Source of the DNA: a virus
IMG/VR virus record: IMGVR_UViG_3300045988_139374
Location: 160,001 to 224,000 of that record
Length of the DNA: 64,000 nucleotides
Direction: 5' to 3' (one strand)
The notes beneath the pieces were generated by a model, which made no database searches, had not been told where the DNA came from, and saw only the letters and a program-made list of their open reading frames with translations. Within the stretch, counting starts at the first letter, position 1, and the number at the start of each line of letters is the position of its first letter. Positions 7,748-17,600 of the stretch are shown piece after piece. The translations under genes were made by a program, and so were the position numbers.

Positions 7748-9463
7748 ATGGAAAACAATAATGTCAATCTATCTAAATATGGATATCAAGAGCAAAGATA
7801 TCCTATTGATACTACTGGCTATAAGCAACTTCATGACTATAACATCGAGTATCAGATGGCACATCAGAAGGAGTTTAACTTCCTTCAGCCTCTTCCTAAT
7901 GATCTTATGTCTACTACTAAGACATATCCTCATTCTGATGAGTTTGAGTTTTCTGGACAGCTTGAAATCATTAATTATGATAAAGCTTGTGAAGAAGACC
8001 TTAGGGAAGGAAATGGTTTTATTGTAGAACCAGCTGGTAGAAATATCAAGAAAGATCTTCATGCTGAGGATGGTATTTTCTCTCCTAAGTTTGGACAAAC
8101 CTTGGCTGATACTAATCCTTTTATGGATCGTTATCGTTGTCGGTGTAAAGAAGGAGGGCTTCGTGGCCGTAATAATGCCGGTTTGCGTTGTCCAAAATGT
8201 GGTCATCTATGTTCTTATGTAGATGATAATTTTAATTATCGTGGATGGATTAAACTTTCTGAGCCTTATAAGTTTATTCATCCTACCTTCTACACTTATA
8301 TCGATTCTATCCTTGGTAAAGGTATCTATATCCAGGGTAATAAGCGTACTAAGCTTGAAAATATTCTTGACGTTACTGATACTCAATTGGTTCTTAATTC
8401 TATTAAGATTGATGATCCCAAACTTAAAGATGAACCGTTCTTTGGTATTGGAATGATTGCTTTTGTCGAACGCTTTGATGAGATCATGGATTATTATATC
8501 AAGAAGCGCCCTAATAAGCGTAATTATTATGATGCCATTTATCAGTCTCGTGATTCTGTATTTTCATCTTCGCTTCCTGTCATCACTACATTGCTTCGTC
8601 CGTTCGATATAGATGGCAACAACATGACCTATGAGCCAACGAATGCAATGTATACAATGATTAATAAACTTGCTACTTCTATTAATAAGAATAAAACTGC
8701 TATCCAGAGAGAACCTAAAATCAAGAACCAGCAGCTTTATAATCTTCAAAAGAAGTTTATGGAAATTTATGCTGAACAAATTTCTATTCTAGCAGGTAAG
8801 AAGGGAGATTTTAGATGTCTACTTGGTGGACGTTATAACTTCTCTTCTCGTTGTGTTATTGTTCAAAATCCTAATCTTCGTATTGATGAGATTACTATGC
8901 CTGCTGTAGCATTGACTGTTATGCTTGAGCAAAGAATTAAAAATATTCTCTGCCGTATGCATGGTATGACTCCTACACAAGCACATGATATTTGGTATAA
9001 AGCTACTATTGAGCCTAATAAACGTATAAATACCATTATTCAATCCATCATCGATGATTTTAAACACAAAGGCATGCGTGGGCTTCCGGTTATCATTGGA
9101 CGAAATCCTACACTTGCTTATGGCTCTATTCTGCAAATGTTCTGTGTTGGGATTACTGATTCTTATACCTTAGCAGTTCCTCTACAGATCTTAAAATTCT
9201 TGGCTGCTGACTTCGACGGCGACGTTATATATTGCTTGGTTCCGATGAATCAGACTTTTATTCGTCTTGCTTGGGAAAAATTCAATCCTAGGAATGCTAT
9301 GTATATTTCTAGAGATAATGGATATTTCAATCCCAATGCATTGATGCAAAGAGATACACTTATTAATGCTAATACTTTAGCAAGATTAGGAAGGGAGAAT
9401 TACACACAAGAAGATCTTAATAAGTTCGATAGAATTCAGAAAGCTATTAAAGCAGCTGGTTAA
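7748..9463 (+). CDS. multisubunit RNA polymerase beta-prime-like subunit, N-terminal fragment
   Basis: CRCKEGGLRGRNNAGLRCPKCGH (CxC...CxxC zinc ribbon); GRNPTLAYGSILQM (compare NRAPTLHRLGIQAF); LAADFDGDVIY (catalytic DFDGD at 9209-9223); only 571 aa, so a split beta-prime. Confidence 0.8.
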   Translation: MENNNVNLSKYGYQEQRYPIDTTGYKQLHDYNIEYQMAHQKEFNFLQPLPNDLMSTTKTYPHSDEFEFSGQLEIINYDKACEEDLREGNGFIVEPAGRNIKKDLHAEDGIFSPKFGQTLADTNPFMDRYRCRCKEGGLRGRNNAGLRCPKCGHLCSYVDDNFNYRGWIKLSEPYKFIHPTFYTYIDSILGKGIYIQGNKRTKLENILDVTDTQLVLNSIKIDDPKLKDEPFFGIGMIAFVERFDEIMDYYIKKRPNKRNYYDAIYQSRDSVFSSSLPVITTLLRPFDIDGNNMTYEPTNAMYTMINKLATSINKNKTAIQREPKIKNQQLYNLQKKFMEIYAEQISILAGKKGDFRCLLGGRYNFSSRCVIVQNPNLRIDEITMPAVALTVMLEQRIKNILCRMHGMTPTQAHDIWYKATIEPNKRINTIIQSIIDDFKHKGMRGLPVIIGRNPTLAYGSILQMFCVGITDSYTLAVPLQILKFLAADFDGDVIYCLVPMNQTFIRLAWEKFNPRNAMYISRDNGYFNPNALMQRDTLINANTLARLGRENYTQEDLNKFDRIQKAIKAAG

Positions 9464-9590
9464 TGCTAAATGCGCAATAGTAGTAGCCAGCATTTCTGAA
9501 TGAATGCTATACTCTATCATTGATATTATCAGTATATAGGCAGTACTGATGATATAAGTCAATCTCCTATTTTATAAATCTCTTAAAGAG

Positions 9591-9635
9591 GGCCGGTAGA
9601 GATTTGATTCTCTACCGGCTTTTCTTTTTTTTTTA
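9591..9635. terminator. rho-independent terminator
   Basis: CCGGTAGAG 9593-9601 pairs with CTCTACCGG 9610-9618, followed by a long T-run. Confidence 0.75.
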
Positions 9636-9641
9636 TTTATT

Positions 9642-9875
9642 TTAGATATAAAATATTCTTACATTATATTTTACTATAGAAATAAGTTGTTTATTTAGAT
9701 CGATATTAAATGTAACGATTACATAATTTAAATAATCAGGGACGTAATATATGGCAACATATGGAAATCCAGAGATTGAATTTATGTCTGCACATATTGC
9801 AGATATTACAATTATATTGTTAAATGATTTCATTTCTGAAATATACATATCTCTTTGCTTAATAGAAGCGTCATT
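9642..9875 (-). other. start-less cassette C4 (77 codons), last of the minus-strand array
   Basis: Signal at 9858-9873 (rev); NDASIKQRDMYISEM...VRIFYI-stop. Confidence 0.55.
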
Positions 9876-10168
9876 TACATATCAAAATACCAACATTTGC
9901 ATGTAATAGGATTTTTACCATCGGTATATATTTCATTATCTGCAAGCCTTCCGACTTTTGTCATATAAACTTCACAGTTAGTAACTTTAAATGTACCATC
10001 ATCAAAATATCCACTGGCAGCTATTACAGGAAATGTATAATATCCAGCATTTCCTTTTGGATATAGTATTGGCATTGCTTGAATTATATATGCTTTAGAT
10101 AAGTACCCGCATGATGCATATTCACTATATGGAACTTTACAAGTATTAGTTTTAAGAGAAGCGTCATT
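9875..10168 (-). other. start-less cassette C5 (97 codons)
   Basis: Signal at 10151-10166 (rev, TGACGCTTCTCTTAAA); NDASLKTNTCKV...KCWYFDM-stop. Confidence 0.55.
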
Positions 10169-10496
10169 GTGCTTTACCTTTAATATAAAATATATTAATG
10201 ATGACTTCTGCATTTGATAAAGATGTTTTGTTAAAAGGCATAATTTTTTCATGCAATGTATCAATACCTAGTATATATAATTTTCTGCCAGTTGTCCAAA
10301 TACCAGTATTTGGATCTTGTGTTGAATCGATACTTGTAGATAGGAAAGTTAAATACATTCTAACAGTATTACTACAATATGCATAGTGAGCTATAATATC
10401 ATCATCAGTAACAGAAATATCTGTATCAAGAATAAAATAAGAAATATCATTCTTTACTCTACCTTGCTTCATTTTAATTTTAGTAGAAGCGTCATT
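10164..10496 (-). other. start-less cassette C6 (110 codons)
   Basis: Signal at 10479-10494 (rev); NDASTKIKMKQGRV...INIFYIKGKAQ; the stop is the TGA inside the next signal. Confidence 0.55.
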
Positions 10497-10506
10497 TATA
10501 TTGGTA

Positions 10507-10767
10507 TTATAGATTTTTTAAATAAAATACAATTAATCTTCTAATAGATGAATGCATTGTTAAAGTATTATTAGGGAATCCTCTTATATCTATATAATAA
10601 CATGAATCATCTTCATCATACCATATATCTACATATTCAGCTTGCTCAGTTTTACCTGTTATTTTAGATTCAATATAAAGTCCAACAATTGGAATTCCTA
10701 AATAAAAAGCTTGTTTACTACTTTTTGGAAGAGTTAATTCTATATTATATATAATAGAAGCGTCATT
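10507..10767 (-). other. start-less cassette C7 (86 codons)
   Basis: Signal at 10750-10765 (rev); NDASIIYNIELT...LIVFYLKNL-stop. Confidence 0.55.
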
Positions 10768-11065
10768 TACCAAAATAATAATATATTTTTATATTAAATG
10801 CTGTATTTACTTTTATTAATTTATAATCATTAATTTCAAACAATTGAATTATAGAATAAAAACTACCCTTTTCATATATTCCTTGATACATTGCTGGAAA
10901 TATATACTTAGGAGAATAATTGATAGGAAATAATGTTTGATTATACGTGGTACTATACACAGCAAATATTATATATGCTGATAGCCCAGATGGCACATCA
11001 TATCTTTCTTTATATATTCCATTCTCATCAGTTGTTACATCTTTACTCTTAATAGAAGCGTCATT
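10763..11065 (-). other. start-less cassette C8 (100 codons)
   Basis: Signal at 11048-11063 (rev); NDASIKSKDVTT...IKIYYYFGK; the stop is the TGA inside the next signal. Confidence 0.55.
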
Positions 11066-11384
11066 CACTAATATAATAGTATATTTTAATACCAATTTTA
11101 TCTGATGGCTTTATAAGCTGTCCATTGTCATTTATTTTATATACTTGAATTACAATATATCTATTAACAGCATCTGCAATTTTTCCATATGAGCCAGAAT
11201 ATATTGCAGGAATTATATATATTGGAACATTCATTTGATTTACTAGATTTCCAGTCATTGTGGATGTATTACTATATATCGCTAAAATATTTTTATGAGA
11301 ACTAATTCCAAATACGCCTAATGCAATTTTATATTCTCCACTGCTATCAGTTTCCACTATTTCATGTTTAATAGAAGCGTCAGA
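11061..11384 (-). other. start-less cassette C9 (107 codons)
   Basis: Signal at 11367-11382 (rev); SDASIKHEIVET...IKIYYYISE; the stop is the TGA inside the next signal. Confidence 0.55.
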
Positions 11385-11388
11385 CTTG

Positions 11389-11673
11389 TTAAATATAATA
11401 TATAATAATTGAAACATTACGTCCATTACGAGATGCCGTGCTGCCATTAATATCTGATGTATATACAAGAATAGTTCTAATTACCCATTCAACATCTGTA
11501 GTTTTAAATATTTGAATTAATGGAATAGATGAACTGGTATTTACAGCTGGATTTATGTATGCATTTATTAAAATTCCATTAGTAAATTTATATAAGTAAT
11601 CATTGTCATTTAAACCATTTGAATATTTTCTAGGATATACGGTATCAGTTTTAATCTTAATAGAAGCGTCAAA
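11389..11673 (-). other. start-less cassette C10 (94 codons), first of the minus-strand array
   Basis: Signal at 11656-11671 (rev); FDASIKIKTDTVYPRK...VSIIIYYI-stop; no ATG/GTG/TTG in frame, so it is absent from the ORF track. Confidence 0.55.
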
Positions 11674-11704
11674 TTATTAGATATTAAAATACTAGGTAAG
11701 GAAT

Positions 11705-11748
11705 CTACTAATGTTACAGTCGATGGTACCACTATAGTATTTGGATAA
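11705..11748 (+). pseudogene. orphan 3' end of a tail-fibre paralog
   Basis: Encodes ...TNVTVDGTTIVFG-stop (compare ...GVSVSGTTVVFG-stop of 1395..2218); 11725-11806 matches 2195-2276 with 1 mismatch; no upstream ORF. Confidence 0.55.
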
Positions 11749-11764
11749 TAAATATTATAAATAA

Positions 11765-11806
11765 AATTCCCATAGGATTTTTATATCCTATGGGATTCTT
11801 TTATAG
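11765..11806 (+). terminator. duplicate of the fibre-gene terminator
   Basis: Same hairpin as at 2235-2267. Confidence 0.6.
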
Positions 11807-11814
11807 TCTTATAA

Positions 11815-12393
11815 TCTGACGCTACTAAGAATTTTGGAAATGGAAGTCTAATTAAATCTATTACTTATGAAGGATCCTATACTACAAGTACTGTTTATTC
11901 ATATCAAATCGATGATTGGCTAAAAGTAAATTGTACTTCTACTAATCCTATTAGAACAAAAATATCTAGATTATATGATATTGTATTTTTCTTCGATACA
12001 GATGTTGAGGAGTTAGCTATAAATATGCTTAGACATTTATTTGCTGTTGGAGCTGACTATAAGTATCTTGGTGGATTTATACTCATGAAGAAAATATCAA
12101 ATGAATGGACACCTGGTAGATCTCTTTCTCAGGCTAGCTTTGATTATTTTTTAGGCCCATATATAGAATATGGATTGGCACCTAAACAATTTGTTAAATA
12201 TCGAGTAATTAGAGAGAATAATGCATATTATATAGATAGATATGTTGATACATCAGAGAAAAACTACAAAAATGATAATATTTCCTATCAGATATTATAT
12301 AGGAATACAGAACCGCATAAATATTTAATATATGGAATAGATTTTGAAGATCATGTATCTGATGTTGTGAATAGTAAGCCAGTAGATCAGTAA
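11815..12393 (+). other. start-less large cassette C11 (192 codons)
   Basis: Variant signal TGACGCTACTAAGAAT at 11817-11832; SDATKNFGNGSLIKSITYEG... is homologous to C17; TAA directly upstream in frame. Confidence 0.55.
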
Positions 12394-12404
12394 ATATAGT
12401 ATAC

Positions 12405-12679
12405 AATGACACTTCTAAAATAAAAACAATATACATGGATTAGGTAATGTAAAAACAACAACTAGGTATATAGATAATCAATATGGTAGTTATTATGAAA
12501 AATGCTATTATCTAGCTTCTGGAATTATGGTTGGGTATATGCTTGATCAAAGTACAATAGGATTATTATCTACATTCTTAACACAAGTAGGTAAATATAT
12601 AATGGCATTTAGATATGATAACACTGCAAAATCAATGAATACGATAGAGTGCACTATATCTATGCTTTATTATATTTAA
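12405..12679 (+). pseudogene. degenerate, frameshifted cassette C11b
   Basis: Variant signal TGACACTTCT at 12407; the head frame stops after 12 codons; another frame carries ...ECTISMLYYI-stop; length 275 nt is not a multiple of 3. Confidence 0.45.
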
Positions 12680-12730
12680 ACTTTAATTCCCCCTAAACAA
12701 TATATTACAAAATATTGTAGGAGGAATATT

Positions 12731-12898
12731 ATGGACAAATCTGATTTTTATAAAATTCTTTGTTCATCTACACCTGAAGAAATTAATCACTTTATTTCTT
12801 CTAAAGGCAAGATTAAAAATGTAAATGCTATTACATTTTTAGATGATCAAACTTTACAAGATCTACATTCTAATACGGATTCGAATCAATCTAATTAA
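12731..12898 (+). CDS. small hypothetical protein (55 aa)
   Basis: TAGGAGGA RBS 6 nt before ATG; MDKSDFYKILCSSTPEEINHF...; below the ORF-track size cut-off. Confidence 0.5.
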   Translation: MDKSDFYKILCSSTPEEINHFISSKGKIKNVNAITFLDDQTLQDLHSNTDSNQSN

Positions 12899-12919
12899 GT
12901 TATTAGCTCTTTTATATTT

Positions 12920-13001
12920 GCAGGAATGGTGGAATGGCAGACACGCTAGACTTAGGATCTAGTTCTTCGGAGTGAGGGTTCAAGTCCCTTTTCCTGCACC
13001 A
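12920..13001 (+). tRNA. tRNA-Leu (anticodon TAG), class II with long variable arm, CCA encoded
   Basis: Acceptor GCAGGAA/TTCCTGC; anticodon stem CTAGA/TCTAG with loop CTTAGGA; T-arm GAGGG-TTCAAGT-CCCTT; variable hairpin TTC-TTCG-GAG. Confidence 0.85.
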
Positions 13002-13033
13002 TGTAGAATTATCTCCCCTAATTCTACTCATAA

Positions 13034-13110
13034 GGGCTATTAGCTTAGTTGGTCAGAGCTTCTGGCTCATAACCGGATGGTCGTAGGTTCGAGTCCTACA
13101 TGGCCCACCA
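13034..13110 (+). tRNA. tRNA with CAT anticodon (elongator Met or Ile2), CCA encoded
   Basis: Acceptor GGGCTAT/ATGGCCC; anticodon loop CTCATAA; T-arm GTAGG-TTCGAGT-CCTAC. Confidence 0.85.
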
Positions 13111-14040
13111 TTAGAGATTAAGATACCACACACGCTAACGCTATTTTAATCTCTTTTCTTTCTTGTGTATAGAGGGTGGAAGAAACACAAGATAGAGATT
13201 CAAGTTCATTTCTTTCTTTCTTCTTGAATCTCGAAGCGAGGTTCGATTCATTAGTTCCGCAACCTAATGATGGTGCAGTACGATTCTGCAGGGGATAAAT
13301 AGATTTGGCCACTCCTTTCAATTTATTCCTAACGCTTAGATCCATTTGATCTAGCCTGCGTGCCTATTTGATCGGTTACGTAAAGATTCCTGACGGGAAC
13401 TACGTTTAATTTGAAATACAATAGCCGCGTATAAAAATTGTATTTATTATTTCTTTTCTTTCTGATCAATAGAATTAAATTATAAATGCAATGGAGGATT
13501 AGATGGCCCAAATAATGACTACTGGGAGAATGTAGTAAGTCTCGAAAGTATCTACCGAGACGGGAGAATATAATGTGGCTCATATAACTATTCCTTCTGT
13601 AGGCTAGTTATTATTGCCACATTATGAATGGACATAGATACTCTTGTAAATTCTAAGGAGGCTAAGTTATACTTGTTACTACTGATCATAGTGGGTATAA
13701 CTTTATTAATGGTGGCCGCAGATGTAAAGAATTTACTGGATCTAATGTAAATCATCTAGCATTAGATTAAGAAAATAATTATGTATTTATATTGTGCGAT
13801 ATAAATATCTTAATTAAGATGAGCTGTGGGTATGAGATTGGATTATTGACCCTCTATACTACCATCTAAAGCATCCTTTTGGTAGTGAAGTTAGATGCCT
13901 TTTTCTGGTATTGGTTTTCGAAGGAAGAATAGATGTGCTCGGGCAGAACGAGCGGAATAACCTATACCCTCCTAACTAAGATTGTGGTGGACATTTATCA
14001 AGTTCGAGCCTTGAATCTTGGACAATAAGAATGATTCTAT
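13111..14040 (+). ncRNA. candidate large structured non-coding RNA (class unknown)
   Basis: ~0.93 kb without an RBS-led ORF. Locally GC-richer (28/60 G+C in 13241-13300). Several 8-10 bp helices, e.g. 13113-13121/13146-13154, 13195-13204/13223-13232, 13414-13422/13437-13445, 13570-13579/13616-13625. Strand assumed from the tRNAs. Confidence 0.35.
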
Positions 14041-14069
14041 TTGAGAAAAAGAAAGAGAGATGACCGATC

Positions 14070-14573
14070 ATGACAAGTGCATATGATATCATTAAAGATG
14101 TCAAAAGTAATGTCACCCAGTGCTCTTCATCTAAAAAGGATGAGATTACTGTTATGCAGGCTATGATGAATGATACTAACTTTTCAGTTGATGTTTATTC
14201 TAAGGGTGGCAAGGTTGATGAGTACTATCCTTCTCGTGAGTTGAGAAAGGTAGTAACTAACGTAGTAGCTTCTACTACTCATATTCCTGTTAAGGAAGCT
14301 ACTGAACTTGTTAATGCTTATGAATTCACTAGAGTAGATGCGGCTGCTATGGTGAATATGTCTAAGGAATTTGTTAATACTTATCTTCAGACTGGTAGAA
14401 AACTTCCTCTTGGAGGCCGTAAGAATTCTGATATTGAACTCATGTGGAAGAACATTGAAGATCGTACTACAGAAATTCCTATTAAATCTGAAACTGGTGA
14501 ACGTCTGAATACGTTCATTCCCGCTCATGGTGGCATTAAGGCTATCAATCCTTGCCCTGAGTGGTTGAAATAA
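14070..14573 (+). CDS. hypothetical protein upstream of the giant tape-measure-like gene
   Basis: 167-aa ORF with purine-rich leader; hairpin GGGGAAGGCC.../...GGTCTTCCCC follows. Confidence 0.6.
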   Translation: MTSAYDIIKDVKSNVTQCSSSKKDEITVMQAMMNDTNFSVDVYSKGGKVDEYYPSRELRKVVTNVVASTTHIPVKEATELVNAYEFTRVDAAAMVNMSKEFVNTYLQTGRKLPLGGRKNSDIELMWKNIEDRTTEIPIKSETGERLNTFIPAHGGIKAINPCPEWLK

Positions 14574-14672
14574 ATTTTTAAGATTCTGGGGAAGGCCATT
14601 TAGGTCTTCCCCGCTTCTTTTGTATAAACTCAACTTTAGTATAATACTTTTATATGTAAGGAGGTAATCAAG

Positions 14673-17600
14673 ATGGCTAAGTCTAAAAACAAAGACAACA
14701 ATAAAACTGGCCCTATTGCATATGCCAAAAATGTAGTAAAGTCTGCTAAGTATATTGCTGTTGAGACTGCCAAGGGTGTTAATCCTACACTTACTAGCTA
14801 TATTGCTGATAATGCTTCTGCTGCAAAGGATATGTACAATGCAGCGAAGGATTATAAAGGAACTATTCGTAAGAAGCTAGAAGACTCTATTGGATCTAAA
14901 AATACCGATCAACTTGGACAAATTAAGAAAGATATTTTTAGTGATCTAAAATCTGGTAAATTCTACAATCCTGAACGTGAAGCAGAGTCCATGAACAAAC
15001 TAGCAGAATCTTGGGGAATGACTTCCTTTGATTTTGATATGGATGATGATTTCGATCTAGATTCTGATAATGATGACGATACTGATAGCTCTACTACATC
15101 TTCTAAATCTAATGATATAGATGTAGTTACTGGAGCTATCCATGGTCTTGGAAATCAGATTTCTTATCACCAGCTTATTACTGGTGAGGGAATTGCTGGT
15201 AAGATCGGTGGAGCTAATATCAAGAATACTAGAGCAATGATGACAAATAATAATAGACTCGCTGGAATGTTGAATAATTCCTTGTCTGTTATTAATACTT
15301 CTATTCTTGATCTTCATAAGGATCTAGTAGAACCTCTCAATGGACACATTCAGAATTCTACTAGTTTTTATCAAACAGCTACATCTGAGCTGGCTAAGCA
15401 AACTAGTTATTTGGAGACTATCACTAAACTACTAACAGATAGATTTGCTCCCGTTGCCACTAGTAAAGGTAGTGGAATTAAAGAGACTCCTTGGGAAGCA
15501 GTTATGGGTGGAGATTTGCCGAATCTAGGTAACTGGATTAAGCATGCCAAGAATAAATCAATGGAAGATTCTGGAATGGACTCCCTTGCTGCTATTATGA
15601 ATCCTGAGATGCTGGAGACTTTACTAGGTGCTGGTATGCATTCTCCTATTGCATTGGCAATTACTATGGCTCTTACATCTAAGATTCAAAATGGCCCTAC
15701 CGGTAAAGCTCTAGATAGAACTGTCAATATTTTTAGAGATGGTATGATGAAGGTCGCTGGACAGATTCATAAAGCATCTAAGAATGATGGTATTCTAGGT
15801 ACCATTGCTAGTTTCTTTGACATTACTCCTCATTTTAATCCTAAGATGAATTTCGGTAATTATAATAAGGGACGAGTAGATTGGACTGGTAAGGACTCTA
15901 AAGCACTGAGAGATGTTATTCCTACTTATCTAGCAAATATTGAAGCTTTGCTATCTGGCAGAGAAGCTAAAGTATTTAACTATGAAACTGGTAGATTTAC
16001 ATCTGCAAGTAATGGCTTTAATGAATTTAAGAAATCTAGACAGGCTAATATCGGTAATGCTTCTAAGGGTATGAAGGAAGAACTTCTTCAAGAATTTATC
16101 GATGAAGATAAAGAGAAGTATAAGAATGATGAAAACCATATTGCTTATACTAGAGAATCTAGAGCTGTTAGAAATCTATCTGATGATTATGATAAGATGA
16201 TGTCTCTTATTACTCTAAATCATATTGATCCTTCTAAATTTGATTCTGCTCAGAGTATGCTTACTCTTCTTCGTCAAAGAGGATGGATTAATGATGATCC
16301 TACTAAGGGATTCATTTCTAACAAGAATGCTCGTGCTATTGCTAGACTTATTTTCAAGAAAAAGTCTGGTGTTGGTAAAATGAATAATGCTATCTATTCT
16401 GGACAGATTGCAAATGCTAGATTTGTTGATACTATCAATGAAACTAATCCTATGTTTGCTGCAGTGGCAAATGGATCTGGTATGACTAATACTCACAAAC
16501 TAAAAAGCAATCTAAATAAGAATAGTGCAGATGCTGTTACTATGGCACTTGATGATCATGGTAATAATATTTTCTTCTATCTGCAAGATTATTATAAGCA
16601 AATTAGAGTTATGGTAGACTCTATGTCTGCATCTAACTTTAATTTGTCTACTATCAAGAATGAAATTATTAGTAGATTTAATGGAGGATTTGGTAATACA
16701 GAAAACTCCACTGGAACTTCTGGTAATAGACGCCAGCCTAAGAAGAGAAAAGAATCTTCTAGAGCAAGTAGAGCAGCTGCTGCAGATGCTGGAGCTGGCG
16801 GCTCAGACTCTGGATTTAGATCTCTATATAATTTCAATTACGACGTTCCTAACAATATAGCTCCTGAGATTATTACTCCTGAAATGGCCGAAGCTTCTGC
16901 TGGAGCTTCGGAGAGAGAAGCTGCAATTGAAGATCCTGAAGGAAGAATGGTATATAATTCCTCTACTAAGCGATATGAAGCTCCTAAGGCTTCTTCTAGA
17001 GGATCTTTCCTAAAGTTTAAGGAAAATGCTAAAGATCATAGTATCCTATCTATCATCGTTGATAAATTCAATGATTTTATGGATAATACGCTCTTCGGTA
17101 ATGCGCCTGCTGCATTTAAGCAGAAGATTGACGAAGAAGGTGGTCTGTTCGGATACCTGCAATCTTTGCCCAATAAGATTGCTACAGGTCTACAGGATCT
17201 TCCTGATAAAATTGCAAATAAAACTAGTGAATTATGGAAGAAGTTCCAGGAATCTGATTTTGGCAAGAAATTCATGGAATCTTCTAAGAATATTATTTCT
17301 AGTTTCTTTAAAGATACAGAACAATATGCTGAAAGAAAAGCTCAGGGTACTTTAAAGTATCTATTTAAGAATACTAGATTTGATCTCGATAAGAAAGAAA
17401 AAGAAAACGAAGAGGCAATTAATGGACCTATTGCTCTATTACCTCAACATGCTGAATCTTTAATTCCTGAAGATGCTAATCCTGAAGGATCTTATAGAGG
17501 TGGATTAGTTAATAAATCTGGAATGGTTTCTGTTTCTAAAGGTGAATTGATTGTTCCTGCAAAATATAATCCTCTTTATAATGGTGGATTGTCTGATAAA

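Noticed and set aside
10763-11065. prfB-like +1 frameshift at NNN-TGA-C linking consecutive cassettes into one long protein.
   Set aside because: The P-site codons before TGA (GAA, AAA, CAA, GTC, ATC, GTA) give no consistent re-pairing, and most junctions have an earlier in-frame TAA. The frame bias is kept as an observation, not as a mechanism.
9858-11671. Regularly spaced repeat array that at first glance resembles CRISPR.
   Set aside because: The repeat core is only ~16 nt and the spacing is 280-330 nt, not 25-50. The intervening units are ORF-length and coding-like in a fixed frame relative to the repeat. No leader or cas genes are present.
13118-13583. Minus-strand ORFs 13118..13345 and 13329..13583 in the tRNA-proximal gap.
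   Set aside because: They have no RBS, lie opposite to the local transcription direction, show odd composition and overlap strong hairpins. The region is better explained as non-coding RNA.
13998-14014. T-arm-like TCAAG-TTCGAGC-CTTGA suggesting a third tRNA or a tmRNA 3' domain.
   Set aside because: I could find no complementary acceptor strand, no anticodon arm at the right spacing and no CCA-proximal GC-rich stem.
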